A DNA stretch of 64,000 nt from Antedon mediterranea (GCF_964355755.1 NC_092676.1:25810871-25874870); one strand, 5' to 3'. Shown: positions 50,901 through 64,000, counted from the stretch's first letter. A program made the numbers and translations. The notes: generated by a model from the sequence alone, not told the origin.

Positions 50901-53900
50901 TGTTTTGTTTTGTTCTGTAGCAACTAGTAACACGTATTCCTAATTCTCTGTCTACACTATCAAATTTTATGGGACAAAAAAATGTGATGTGCTCATATAT
51001 GGACAAGATGATGTCATCTACCATATTTGAGCATATCACTGCCATATTTGGGCACACCACACTTTTTTTGTCAAACTAGTTTGATAGTGTAGACAGAGCC
51101 TTACTGTGTACAGTATGTTACTACGATAAAGTGTACACACATTCCTCGCTACGTCTCAGTTGGTGGTTAAAATTTGTAAAAGTTCACAAAATTGAATAAG
51201 CTACATCATATATTGTAACTAAATGTTCTTTTTATTTCTTGCCACAGCGTATTGAGATCATGCTTAATTTTGATGAACTTATCATTGAGAATGGTAATAT
51301 TCTTTACAATAATCAACCAGTAACAGCATACCCTTTTTATACAAATGGTAAGTATGCAAATAATTCCTACTAAATTAAAACAATTGAACACATTCATTTG
51401 AATACAAATTACCAATTTTTAAGTTGCATTATTAGAAATACTTTTCAAATTTTGTGTTTGAATGCTCTACACTTTTTATTATGATTCAATTTAGTACAAG
51501 TTTGAAAAAGTATTAAAGTATAAAATTAAAAATTATTTTGATAAAACTGTTTTCTTTATATTCTAACCCTTTTATCTATAACTCATATCTGATGATGATA
51601 ACTGTTTCTACACACTTTTTTCGCGATTTAATAGTAATTTTTCAAGCGCCATAAATGGCGCTTCAATTGATACAGACAAAAGAAACGCAGCAGAATATGA
51701 AAGGACGATGTTGCCAAGAAAAAAATATACCAACAACAGATCTGTAAAATAGATCAGATTAGGTAAGGAATAATAAAAGACAAACATTATTATGGGATGG
51801 AGAAGATAAGCACAGTAGTTAATTCGTGAAAGTGGTATCCAAAAGGACCAGGAGAGTAGAGTGTTTACTGGCCCACCGTATCCTGTGACACAAGCAAAGG
51901 CAACCCAACCGAGAGCCACAGACCATGAAAATCGACAGAGAGTAATGTACACCACCGATCCTGCTTTATTTATTGGGTTACCATGGTAAGTTCCGTATAG
52001 ACCATAAACAACAGCGAGAGCAATACCAGTTGCAGCCAGCCATCCCATAATAGCTACGAATCGAGGCATACGAACACGATCTTTGTATTTATACAAAATG
52101 TAACCAAGAGCCATACCAACTAAGTACGTGGAGATACGAGTATATGGGCGAATGTATATTACATCAGCGCCAAGTGTTCTTTGATCTGGTGTCTGGGGAA
52201 GGAGACCGGCATAAATACTGTATTTCATTGAGATGCCAATCAAACTGCCGAAGCAGGTTATGAGGAGACCACTCCAGAATGCCACTCCAACAAAGAAGTA
52301 GTGATACAAAAGATAGATAACAAATGGACTTATGATGTAGAATTGCATGTCGTTAGCAAGATACCAACTCCATCCAATACATTCTTCATTAATACCTGAC
52401 GGGTAGAGGTTATTGATGTACAAAAGGTTTGTCCACCAATATTTCTGGCAGGGTGTCACTGCACTCGCAATACCAAATACAGGATTTGGAGAAAAAAAAG
52501 CTTGGTAAAGAGGACCATTTGCAAAATGAATTGTAAGAGTTGTGAAAATAAAGATTACCATCATGTAAACGGGAGTGAGTCGTAGATATCTGTGAACATA
52601 AAACATGACCCAGTTAAGCTTACCATCATGTTTCTGTAAATATTTAAGGGTTAAGTAAGTTACGAGCAAGCCACTTAGAAAGAAGAAAGAATCAACAGAG
52701 AATGTAGCATTGCCAACTGCTTGGAATGTGAATCGGCTGATTATGTCTAGAGTTACTGTAGGATTACTAAATAAGGTCATTGCGAATGCATAAGTATGTC
52801 CTAACATAACCCACCATAAACTAATAACTCTAATACCATTTAAAGCACCTAGACTTTGTTCTCCTTGCTTGGTTTTTAAAATCTTATCACCGTTGATTAA
52901 CAAAGAAAAGCAGAGGAGAACTTTCCCAAAAATACTTCTTCCGGTCTGTCTGTCTGCCCTGCGTGTATGTGATGCACCAGTATGTAATGCTATTCCTTCG
53001 GTTGTGGGAGTATTATTGATACTGTTTACATTTGCATCATCTTCAGTTAGTTTTTCAAATCCATCTTGGCGGCTTACTTTGTGTCTCATCCAGATGTCGT
53101 ACACAGTTCCAATTACGATCAATAGTCCAAAGAAAGATAGAAAAATCAGACAAATGATTGCAGCGGCTGAGTATTCTGGTACCTCATTGCATAGAACATA
53201 TGACACAGATAGCAGACTATCCGGTGTTTTAGGTCCCAAGATTTCCATCAGATCGCTGTCACTGCAGCTGTCGGGAACACATATTCCAATACTAGGAAGC
53301 TTAGTTTTTCTAGCATTAAGTCCAGCGACGCAATATTTTCCTCTGTAATTGATTCGTCCATCACCAATTTCTCTCGTCTGGTTTAAGCATTCGTCATAAA
53401 GTCCAAGCCAATACTGAATGTTTCCTTGAAGGATACCAGGTGGGAGTTTACCGTAGGAGTCTACCATCATCAACGCATAATTTTCTCCTAGCAAAAGATC
53501 TGATTGGAATGTTTTTAAGTCAATTTGACACTGACTTAGACTTGGTTTTGTTGTCATCGTATTTATGGGAAGCTCAGTTACATTTATTGTTGTGTAGTTT
53601 GTGACAATTGTGACAAATGATGAATGATTGGTGACATTTCCGTCTGCGGTTGTAGGCACATCTGTTTGATTCCATTTGGATGTAGCAGTATCCATATCAG
53701 ATGTTGTTGATTCTGAAGGACTAGCAGTAGTTGGTTGCACTGATACCAAGTCTGCTGATGGGGACAGCAACGGTTTCATAATAAGTTCATCCACAGCTGC
53801 TTGTAGTTCCTCTGCCTTGGCCTGGTATGAATTGACATACCTTTGTTTGGCGATGAGTTTCATTGCCTCCACCTCATTATTGACAACCTGTGGTTGAGCT

Positions 53901-56900
53901 TGGCAGCTCACAGCCAATATCATTACCAATAATAACATTCCAGTCATTTTAGAAGCAATAGTACCTTGTATCAGTTACAATATATACAGCTTTTTATATG
54001 CTGTGTTTGCTCCAAATGGGATATGGACTTTGATTGTACAATATACACAAATCTGGATTGTGTAATGACAATAAACCAATCAGAATTGTTCAATCTTACG
54101 TCATATGTATGTTTTTGTCAATTGATGTATTCTGATAGATATTGGTCAAACACATGGTCTACCTTATCTAATAAGATTTGTTTACAGTGTAAACACATAT
54201 TTGATATTATCCTTCTTTATGGCCTAGATCTTTACTGGTATTCTGTAATTTAGTTTGTGTAAACACATATTTCATTACGGTAGTCTATATATATATTTGG
54301 GAGTATATTGAAGCTGAAAAAAACTTTTTCAATTAGTTTTCAAATAACTTGCTTCTAACTTTATGTATAATGTTTTGTATAATTGAAAACCAACAATAAT
54401 ATTGTGTTTCTTTGACATGGTATTTTTATTAATACTGATTTTTTTTTTAATACATTTTATTATGAGATGAATAGAATTTGGGCATTTTGATTATCAAAAG
54501 TGATGTTTTGAGAATATTGACTGTTTCAAAAAGTGTGTACATGTACATTATTTAACATGTACATTACTTTTAAAATATTTAATAAGTACTGTAACACTGA
54601 TAATAAATGTATTATTTTTTTCCATAAGGAATATCAATTACTGTTACTGGTGACTATACATTTATGGATAGTAGTTTGGGTGTGTCAGCCAAGTGGGACA
54701 TGGCCAGCACTATCTATGTGACACTTTTGAATGAGATGGTGGATACTTCTGCTGGCCTTTGTGGAACCTATGACAATGATCCATCTAGTAAGATTCTTTT
54801 ATTACTAAACCTTTTTTTACCTTTTCGTATATTTATACACCTTTGTATAAAATAAGTTATCTTGAAATTCAGTACTTACTATTATGGCAAAACTTATTTT
54901 TGTGAATAAAAGAACCAGAACATATAAAATTTCCAAATATGGATCTTTTTATGATGTTAGCTCGTATTGTTAATACGTTTTAAAATAAATAGCTCTGCAG
55001 CAATGCATTTAAGACCTACAGTGTCAATGCCGTCTTGCCTGTTTTTTGATTCAAATTTATATTGTCTTTTTTTTTTATAAAATAAATAATGAAATAAATA
55101 AAGAAATTTAATAATACCTTAGTGGCTTATTTTTGTAGATGATCTTACAATGAAAAATGGTGAGATAACAACAATAGTATCTCAGTTTGGTAATTCTTGG
55201 GAAGCAGTTACAGTTGGTGAAGTAAGAAAAACGAATTTTTTTTTAAACCGTTTTTATTCATTTATTTGTAAAGTCTATCAAAAAAACGTAATTGTTGTGG
55301 AATAACATGAATTGCACCTTAATTGCGGACAACACACGCAATTATTTTAAATCGAAATTCAAAACAAACATTTATTTCTCGTATAAATTCATAATGTAAA
55401 GTACAGTCTATTTCGTGAGTTCCGTACCTGTATAGACTCTACATACTGTATGCCATTATTCGTCTCTCGTTTTTTTATTCTTTTAGACGTGTACAGGTCT
55501 TGGAACTGATAATCCATGTGATACGTACCCGGATCGGTTAAATTCCGCAGAGTTGATGTGTACCATGTTGTCAGCAGAAGAATTTGAGGATTGTCATAGT
55601 ACAGTAAGTCAATTTCAACTACTAGAGGAGGCTTAGAATCTAAGAATACAGTGCTGATAGTCTTGGCCTTAGATTTCATATTGCAAGGGTTTCATATTGG
55701 GCTTAAGTCTAAAGCTTTGTCTACACGATCAAACTAGTTTGTCAAAAAAACTGTGATGTGCCCAAATATGGTAGTAATATGACATCATGTCCATACAGTA
55801 TATGGGCTCATCACATTTCTGTCACATAAAGTTTGATAGTGTAGACAGGCGTAAGACCTTTATCTTAACAGTACGTACACCAGAATAGCCACCACTTGCA
55901 ATAGTTTTTGTGTAAAAGCAGATGCGCAACTAGAGCTACATAGCTGATTGCGTAAAATAAAACTGATATCACTCATTTGTTACAGATTGAATATACACCA
56001 TATTACGATTCGTGCATATATGACATCTGTGCTTGGGGTGACACCAGCGATAACATAATGGCGGTGCTGTGTGAAAATTTACAAGCGTATTCCAGAGAAT
56101 GTGCTTCAGAGAACATCATACTAGACTGGAGAGACGGTGTATGCCGTAAGTTAATATTTTATTTATACTGGGCGACTTCTTCAGTCAAGGACTGGTCTCC
56201 CAGAGGGCCCAGTTATGAATGTGATGTACTATCAATCAATCAATCAATAAATTTTATTTCTCAAATAAAAACAAAATACAGTTACATTTTCTAGAAATAA
56301 TAGATAATAAATGAGAAAAAGGGTACCCCACTGGAAGCTTAAGCTTTAAAATGTGGGGTCCAGGCAACATATATTTAAAATTAAGGTAAGGTACTAGTAC
56401 ACCGGGGTAACCCCCAACTCATCCCGAAAGATGTACTAGGTTCTTTAAAGTGCACATGAGCTAGATGTGTACACTCGACCTATGGTTTATAGTTCTTATT
56501 CGAGAAGACTCGTTCTACCACCAGAACCATGGAGCAAGTGAGCCTCAAACCTTTGCCAATGTTACGGCTAGACCACTCACTCGCTCGTTATATGTTTTGA
56601 CATTATAGCCATCCCGAATTCAGAGGACACCTCTATGAAGGAACACTTTGTTTGGTCCCGAATGTGTCACATTAATAGACATTCTACTGTATATAAAAAA
56701 ATGTTTTAAATTTATGTTTTTCAGCCAAGGAGTGTCCAGGCCTCATGGTGTACAAAGAATGTGGCAGCATGTGCAAACTGACGTGCGCCACCAGCAACAT
56801 GGATCTCTCGCAGCATTGCTCACCAGAATGTGTCAGTGGGTGTGAATGCCCTACTGGATTCGTTGAAGAAAATGGTGAATGCATTCTGGTTGAAGAATGC

Positions 56901-59900
56901 CCATGTGTTTATAATAAAGAGAATTACAGATCTGGCGATGTTATTCAAATTAAATGCAACAACTGGTGAGAATGATACCTTTAATTATCTAAATTAATTA
57001 TCTAAATTCAACTATTGAATAAATTGTATAAAAATGTATTCAAAGTTGTGGTGTTTATAGACACTGAATTATTTATAAACTGTTTTTTCTAGTACCTGTA
57101 ATACAGGACAGTGGAGTTGTTCAAATGACGTCTGTGAAGCGACATGTTCAGTCATTGGTGATCCGCATTATATCACCTTTGATCAAAAGTATTACACATT
57201 CCAAGGTGATTGTGACTATGTGCTAGCTGAGGTGAGCACAAATTTTCCTTAAAGCTCTGTCTACACTATCAAACTAGTTTGACAAAAAAAGTGTGATATG
57301 CCCAAATATGGTGGTGATATGCCCAAATATGATACTGATATGACATCATCATATATATATATGGCACATCCTTTTTTTTTTTGTCACATAAAATTTGTTA
57401 GTGGAAAACAGGCTTGAGTCCTTATTCCCTTAAACTGTATAAAAAAAAATGTACCAAAATAGTATTTATTTTTTTTTTTCATCCATAGGATTATGTTGAT
57501 GGTAAGTTCAGCATTGTCACAAGTAACGCTGAATGTGGAAGTGGTATGTCCCTCACCTGCACACGCTCCGCCATCGTCACGGTATCCAGGACCGTTGTGA
57601 CGCTGAATCCTAACTTGGAGGTTCTCGTTAATGGCCGTGTCGTTGAATTACCATTCGAAAATGCAGATTTGGCCATTGTCCAAGCATCCTCCATGTTTGT
57701 TGTGATTCATAGTTACAGTTTGAGAGTGGAATGGGATGGAATCTTCCGGTTATATGTTACAGTTCAACCATCATTTATGCATAAGGTTTGTATGTAATAT
57801 CTCAAGGTTCAATTCCTGATTATGATGACTCCAGTCCACTTCTTAGCTGTTAATAAGTAACTGGTTAAAAAAAAAGGAAGGATAAGGAGATGTGGAAAGG
57901 AAACTTTACCGAGAATCATATTTTGACAACGTATTAGGGTACGTATGATTTCTGAACTATTGCGAGATTTACAATATCGCCGATAAGCCTAATGCAGGTA
58001 AAATTAGCAATTGAAATGAAACACTAATTCGTTGTCAAAATATGGTTTTTTAATTGTTTTAATTGAACCATGTTTCATGAGGGTAGCCCATCCAGCAACC
58101 CTCGACAATACAATACATACAATACAAAAATACATTATCATAACAAATTAATTATAATTCGAGCCGCGGTAAAGAAACAAATGAAAGAAATTGTATTGCA
58201 CAGTTTATACTTATTGCTGATATATTAGATTTTTTTCTTTACTTTGAAACTTGCAGTTACGTGGACTTTGCGGTACTTACGATTTCAACCAGAACAACGA
58301 TTACATGACACCTGAAGGTGACATTGAAACGAGTAAAATTGAATTTGCAAACAAATTCAAAACAAGTAGCGAGTGTGCAGATCTCGTCGAGACGCCGACC
58401 ATCACCCTACCGTGTAGCGTGAACCTATTCATGAGTAGCTTTGCTATAGAGAAGTGTAGTATTATTTACCAAGACATCTTCAAACCTTGTCACGGCTTTG
58501 TGGCCGCTGAGCTGTATTATGATCTTTGTTTGTACGATGTATGTGGTTGTGATTCCGACAAGTCAGCTGATTGTCTATGCGGTGCGATTTCCGCTTACGC
58601 ACGCCAGTGTGCGAATGCCGGTGCTGCGATATACTGGAGAGAGGACAGCCTTGTTAATGAATATTGTGGTAAGTTTTTTTCACTTTTATTATTTAAATAC
58701 AAAAATTCTTAATTTAGAAAATAATTGTTTATGATATATTTTATCCTGTAATTGATGTCTACACTGTAGGATAAAAATTTTCAAAAAAATATATATATAA
58801 TTGTATCTTGCCACATAAAGGAAAGACTTTCATAAATTTGTTTTTACTTTTATTTAGTTAATTAAGAAATTGTGTCCAGATCCAGTTAATAACTGATTTT
58901 CGTCTTGTTCTTTTACAGCCGTTCAGTGTGAGGGCAACAGTGTATACACAGAGTGTAGTCAGGGTTGCGGCATGACCTGTAGCCAACTGGCGTTCCCATG
59001 CGTTCAGGATGATTTCTGCGTTGCCGGTTGTATATGCCCTGAAGGTCAGGCTATCAGCGATAACGGGGAATGTGTGCCGTATGCATCATGCTACTGTACT
59101 TTTGAGGATCAGTCCTACAGTCCTGGACATGTTTTGGAAAGACCTTGTATGACATGGTGAGTTGTACAGTACCACACATCTTTGCTATTATTCTTGTCAT
59201 TAGAACAATCCATCGTATTGTAAAAGAGTAAAACCTTTTCTATTAATTTTTTTAACATTGGTGTCTCTAAAATGTTATTTGTAACAATACGATTTAACCT
59301 TTAAAGATTTTTAATATTCTATACTTTTAATTGGATTTGCTGACAACCGACATTTTTTTTTTTTTTACGAAGACGAATAAAGTTTCTTGTATCAAAACTG
59401 TACCACATTCAAATAACTCATCAAATCCCACCTTTTTAATTTCCACATCATTAATCTTTTGCTTTTCTTAAAATGTTTATTGTTTAAGTGCTTTAGATGC
59501 ACTCTGCATTTTGCATTATATTGAATTTAACATTATTTTATTATGATTTATATATATTCTGATATCTTTCTGAATAGACTTAATGTATATTTGTATAGAT
59601 TTTTCTTGCACCGCATTTAAAATTGAAAATAATTGTTAAAAATAGTGTTTGTGCTAATGGTACATTTGTGTGCGAGGGAGAAGAATGTGCCGATGAAGTT
59701 GTCTGCCCGAACAATCTTGAGTACGTGCCTAACGCATCAGAATGTCCAAAGACGTGTTTTAACTACGACAACTATGAAGAATGCTCTAGTTCAACGCGTT
59801 CGGGATGTGCGTGTATAGAACCCTATATTCTGGCTGTAAGTACATTCTCCATACTAGATTGTAATAATACACTTTTATTAGTGTAATGGGGATTTCGAGA

Positions 59901-62900
59901 GATGTTATTTTTCATAGTCATTATTATTGTGGAAAAGGGGAGATGGAAAGGCTTAGAAAGACATGAGAGAACATGTAAAGTATGTAAAAATATAATTGTT
60001 GAAAATGAATTTCATTTTATTTTACAATGTACATATAATGATTTAACAAACAAATTCATTCCAAAATTTATTTGTGTGTATTCTTCTATTAAAAAACAAT
60101 GTTTATTACTTTCAAACACAAACTTTAAAATTTAGGAAAATATGTCTACTTTGCTTTTGAAAGAAGAAATAATTATCTTAAGTTATAGTCTATTATTTTT
60201 TTATATTAGGGCCAATGGCCCATATACTATGTTGAATAATAAAAGGGAAAGAAATAAAGTTAGTTTAATATCTTTTACTTTTTTAGGGGGATGAATGTGT
60301 CTTACCAGAGGATTGCCCATGTCGTCATGGTGGTATTCGATACTCTAAAGGTGAAACTATGCATCCAGATTCATGTAACTCTTGGTAAATATTTACATAA
60401 AATACTGTTTTCTCTAATATGCAGTTTTTCTATTCTGTTACGTTTTAATTTGAGCCAAATGTCAATGATTATGTTTGTGATAAATACAAATTATTTATTT
60501 TAGTACCTGTAAAGGAAGAAAGTGGGACTGTACTGATGTTCAGTGTTCAGGTAGGATATAGTTTTGTTCTAGATAAAACCGGTGGAAACCAGTTCTTCAT
60601 GTTTCAGTGCAATATTATACAATGATGTGTTTTAGTAAGGTGACTGATTGGTGCAATAGCTATAAAACTTACTGCCGTAGCTATCCTAAAGTAATAGTAT
60701 CATTTGTGCTTTGATGAGTGTGTGCTGATCATAGCCAAGATTAAGACTTTTTTAATAGTGTTTGTACCTCCGTGACTTGTAAAAAAACAATATTAATACC
60801 ATTTTTAACTCTCATTCATCATTACAGGAACTTGCTCTGTGGTTGGAGAAGGACATTTTCAGACTTTTGATGGTAAACTGTACACATTTGCCGGACCCTG
60901 CCAATATGTTCTTGCAGAAGCATCAAACAATGCATTCTCAATCGATGTGGAGACCGTGCTATGTGGAAGCAGCGGTATAACATGTACTCGTGCTATCGAC
61001 ATTCATATTGGAAACATCACCATTTTTATGGTTAAAGGCTCCGAGATCAGCGTGAATAATGTGCAGATCACGCTACCGAAGTACTATAATGATTTGCGTA
61101 TCGAGCAGTCTGGAGTCTACTACATTGTTACCAGTGACATTGGTCTGAAAGTGAAGTGGGATTTAGGTAATGTCTTTATTTACTTACTTTGCTTATTACC
61201 AAGAGTGCCAATTGCAAAATGTTCATCACTCTTTGTAGAAGGCATTCCTTTCATTTCCAACAATGGTCTTCTTTTAGAGTGAGATAGACTGTAGAGCGGT
61301 ATGAATCATATGTGTGAGGTTATAGGTGTAAGAGCTTCCAGTCTGTGTCTTTAGGCAAGATGCTTTAACTTAAATCATAATCTCCCAATCACTGGAATTC
61401 ATTCACAGCCTCTGAGATTCTGACTAGTAACTGCAAAATATTCATCCCCTTTTGTTGAAGACATACCTTAAGTGTTAAAGTTCCCAGTTTGTGTTTTAGG
61501 CAAGATGCTTAGTCTGAGCCATTCTATGTAAAGTTCCACCTTATGTTATTTAATGTTAATTTATTCACAGGTACTAGACTGTATGTTGAAGTTGACCCTC
61601 TGTTTAATAGTTTAACATCCGGTCTGTGTGGAAACTATGATACTGACCAGACCAACGATTTTACCACTAGAACAGGATTGGTTGAGCAGTCGTCTGAGAA
61701 CTTTGCCAACAGTTGGCAAGTGTTGAACAACTGCCCAGATGTTGAAGAGCTTTCTCTTGACTCTCCTTGTGAGGTTAGTTGAACCAGAGAAGAGTACAAC
61801 TGCCATTTTAAAAGAGTAGGGGATTGTCTTCTGGTGTGCTTATCTGTGTAGGCACTGCACTGCTAGCTGCCATGGATCTGTAGAGGGCCTAATCTGAATT
61901 TCCTCCATTTATAGTTAAGCTTGAGGGTGATAAAAAATATTCACAAATTCACAATCTACCATTCAGCGTTGTGTCTCACATTGTGATTGGTTGTAACTGT
62001 AATTGTTGTAACTTTCAGTCTTCCACATGCATGTCAGATGTACACATTATTTACATATATATATATATCAGTTACTTATATTATTATTGTGTTTTTTAGT
62101 TACATCCAGAGCGTAAAGCATGGGCAATGCGACACTGTAACATTATACTACACAGCACTTTTGAAGAATGTCATTCCAAAGTTGAGCCTGAACCATATTT
62201 TGACCGATGTACTTATGATGCTTGTGGGTACGTTACTTGAATACATTTTGATTGGTCTAAATAAGATTCCCTTGATTGGTCCAATATATATATGCATAGA
62301 CCTATTGTTCATTTTCAGTTATTTTACATATTATATTTGTTCTCATTAGGTCAAGTATTGTTCATCAAATTTGATCTTTCTAATTTTTACTATTGTATAT
62401 TCAATTCAGTTTCGTTTTGTTACTTCACAATTCTGTCTTTATAATGTTTTTTAAGCTACAGTATATTTATACCATTATATTTTACCATTTTATATATGTT
62501 TTTTTAAATCAAGTTTCATTTATCATTATTTCACAATTCTGACTTATAATGTATTTTGTTACGTGTTCTTGTTAGTTGTGATTATGGTGGTGACTGTGAA
62601 TGTCTTTGTACGGCTGTTGCTGCCTATGCTCAAGAATGTAATGATGCTGGAGTTTATATCAAGTGGCGATCACAAGATCTTTGTCGTACGTGTTTATTTT
62701 CTTAACTTCATCACGATTGTCGTCGTCAAACAAAGTTGCACCTCATTTGTTAATATTTGTATCATTTGTTGGTACATTCATAGTGTACTAACATTTGTCT
62801 TGTTTCTTTCGCTTTTCACGCCCATCGGCAAATCCTGGCTCCTCCATCAAGACCATTTTTAATATTCATGTACAATGAAAATGAAGACTGCAAAACAGGT

Positions 62901-63966
62901 TATTGTATATTAATTAACACAATAATATTTCTTGTTGATTTTTAGCGATGCAGTGCGAAAGTGGTCTGGAGTACATGGCGTGTGGACCTACTTGTCGTCA
63001 AACATGTGACACCATTAGCGGAGAGGATCCATTACACTGTAGTGAATGTGTGGAAGGTTGTCACTGTCCACATGGATATGTAGCCCAAGGTACTTGGTTT
63101 TACTCTATTACACTTTGATTTGCAGAAAACTGTAAAGCTCTATCTACACTTTCAATCTTTATGTGACATAACAAATGTGATGTGCCCATATATGGACACG
63201 ATGATGTCATACCACTACCATTGGGCTTATCACTACCATATTTGGGCACATCACACTTTTTTTGTCAAACTATTTTGATAGTGTTGACAGAGCTTTAGAC
63301 TTTTTAGTACATCTGTATTTAAGATATACCTATCAAAAAGTCCGCAAGGTCTAAAAAAAAAAAAGAAAGAAAAAAAGTTATCAAATCAAAAATCAAAATT
63401 AAAAAAAAGTTTGGTCCCCATAAGACAAGATTTCCTTAAATTACAATTGTTTTTTTTTGTACTTCAGATGAAGGATGTGTACTGGCAGATGAATGCCCTT
63501 GCGTCTATGAAAATGGAGAATATCCACCTGGCACTGTCATCACCAAGGAATGCCAAAACTGGTAATTTATTAGTTATTTTGTAAACTTTCATTGTAAATT
63601 TTAATTGAATATGTACTTTGATTAAATTCTGGTGGGAAAACAAGTCTTCTCAGATAAGCACTGTAAACCGTAGGTCCAGTGTACACATCTAGCTCATGTG
63701 CACTTTTAAGAACCTAGTACATCGTTTGAGACAAGTAGGGGGTGTACAAACACAGCCACTGATCATAACTGGGCTGTTTGGGAAACCAGTGTTTGACTGA
63801 AGAGGTTACCCAGTATAAATAAATAACAAATTCAAATGAGCTTTATGGAATAATAAATAAAAATTAATTCCCATTCATTCATAAAATTGATGACATTTTT
63901 CAATTTTTATATTAACCAGCACGTGTTACCGAGGAAAATTTGTTTGTTTGGGAGAACCATGCCCAG
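47913..63966 (+). CDS. SSPO: SCO-spondin-like / gel-forming VWD glycoprotein (signal-EMI-EGF-[VWD-C8-TIL]x3), 3'-truncated by the window end
   Basis: Approximate exons 47913-47989 (signal [22 protein letters not shown]), 49028-49195 and 49453-49520 (EMI-like, [16 protein letters not shown]), 49641-49742 (EGF), 50249-50439 (VWD1 [16 protein letters not shown]), 51248-51347, 54629-54787 (GLCGTYD), 55139-55221, 55487-55603, 55986-56145, 56725-56965, 57092-57230 (VWD2 GDPHYITFD), 57489-57785, 58257-58668, 58919-59156, 59647-59835, 60287-60384, 60504-60550, 60828-61166 (VWD3), 61571-61773, 62100-62227, 62576-62685, 62946-63089, 63468-63561, 63920-63966. The family is clear; SSPO versus otogelin or mucin orthology is less so. 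Confidence 0.75.
50946..51101. mobile_element. MITE family A copy
   Basis: Both TIRs. Confidence 0.88.
51608..53947 (-). CDS. nrf-6: NRF-6 / O-acyltransferase-like (OACYL) protein, single coding exon, nested antisense in an SSPO-like intron
   Basis: 779-aa uninterrupted ORF: signal peptide, S/T-rich stalk, NRF domain ([36 protein letters not shown]), acyltransferase-3 multi-TM domain ([73 protein letters not shown]). Confidence 0.95.
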   Translation of the reverse strand: MTGMLLLVMILAVSCQAQPQVVNNEVEAMKLIAKQRYVNSYQAKAEELQAAVDELIMKPLLSPSADLVSVQPTTASPSESTTSDMDTATSKWNQTDVPTTADGNVTNHSSFVTIVTNYTTINVTELPINTMTTKPSLSQCQIDLKTFQSDLLLGENYALMMVDSYGKLPPGILQGNIQYWLGLYDECLNQTREIGDGRINYRGKYCVAGLNARKTKLPSIGICVPDSCSDSDLMEILGPKTPDSLLSVSYVLCNEVPEYSAAAIICLIFLSFFGLLIVIGTVYDIWMRHKVSRQDGFEKLTEDDANVNSINNTPTTEGIALHTGASHTRRADRQTGRSIFGKVLLCFSLLINGDKILKTKQGEQSLGALNGIRVISLWWVMLGHTYAFAMTLFSNPTVTLDIISRFTFQAVGNATFSVDSFFFLSGLLVTYLTLKYLQKHDGKLNWVMFYVHRYLRLTPVYMMVIFIFTTLTIHFANGPLYQAFFSPNPVFGIASAVTPCQKYWWTNLLYINNLYPSGINEECIGWSWYLANDMQFYIISPFVIYLLYHYFFVGVAFWSGLLITCFGSLIGISMKYSIYAGLLPQTPDQRTLGADVIYIRPYTRISTYLVGMALGYILYKYKDRVRMPRFVAIMGWLAATGIALAVVYGLYGTYHGNPINKAGSVVYITLCRFSWSVALGWVAFACVTGYGGPVNTLLSWSFWIPLSRINYCAYLLHPIIMFVFYYSLPNLIYFTDLLLVYFFLGNIVLSYSAAFLLSVSIEAPFMALEKLLLNREKSV
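55713..55852. mobile_element. MITE family A copy
   Basis: Both TIRs, slightly diverged. Confidence 0.85.
56160..56585 (-). mobile_element. Deu-domain SINE copy interrupted by a ~160-bp insertion
   Basis: SINE sequence at 56160-56231 and 56391-56585, with GTACTA duplicated around the insert. Confidence 0.75.
57253..57414. mobile_element. MITE family A copy
   Basis: Left TIR intact, right TIR degenerate. Confidence 0.85.
59920..60245 (+). mobile_element. 3' fragment of a non-LTR retrotransposon (L2/CR1-group ORF2 C-terminus)
   Basis: Encodes [31 protein letters not shown], the typical C-terminal CxxC..H..C segment of LINE ORF2, followed by an A-rich tail. Confidence 0.75.
63136..63294. mobile_element. 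MITE family A copy
   Basis: Both TIRs. Confidence 0.88.
63628..63825 (+). mobile_element. Deu-domain SINE copy, opposite orientation, 5'-truncated
   Basis: GTCTTCTCAGATAAGCACTGTAAACCGTAGGTCCAGTGTACAC...CAGTATAAATAAATAA. Confidence 0.75.
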
Positions 63967-64000
63967 GTAAATTTTGTTTTATTTGTTTTTTCTTTTAATA

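Noticed and set aside
52869-53897. Plus-strand ORFs of 159 aa and 73 aa
   Set aside because: Antisense shadows of the NRF-6 ORF. The host exons splice in phase across this region without them.
1-64000. Prokaryotic defence, operon or phage system, or an autonomous transposase
   Set aside because: All recognisable genes are eukaryotic, and no intact transposase, RT or integrase ORF is present.

Overview
AT-rich, intron-rich animal genomic DNA. The gene set and SINE types suggest a marine invertebrate deuterostome, possibly an echinoderm; this is inference, and the window is not prokaryotic. Eight protein-coding genes can be reconstructed by splicing: NT5E-like ecto-5'-nucleotidase (-), OSCP1 (-), FIG4 (+), PEX7 (-), a divergent PRR19-like gene (+), RSPH14 (-), a 3'-truncated SCO-spondin-like EMI-EGF-VWD gene (+), and an intronless NRF-6/OACYL-type acyltransferase (-) nested antisense in an intron of the SCO-spondin-like gene. 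From OSCP1 onward the genes alternate head-to-head and tail-to-tail. The non-coding DNA holds about 21 copies of one palindromic MITE, other MITEs, Deu- and Meta-domain SINEs, a LINE remnant, decayed tRNA-Gly copies and several tandem repeats. Main observations: the nested intronless acyltransferase, the PRR19-like gene, a U12-type intron in FIG4, four tiny P/Galileo-like footprints with 7-bp target duplications, a five-unit X-box-like array over the OSCP1 stop codon, and a minisatellite derived from a dispersed repeat. Homology calls rest on my recall of the protein families; no database search was run.
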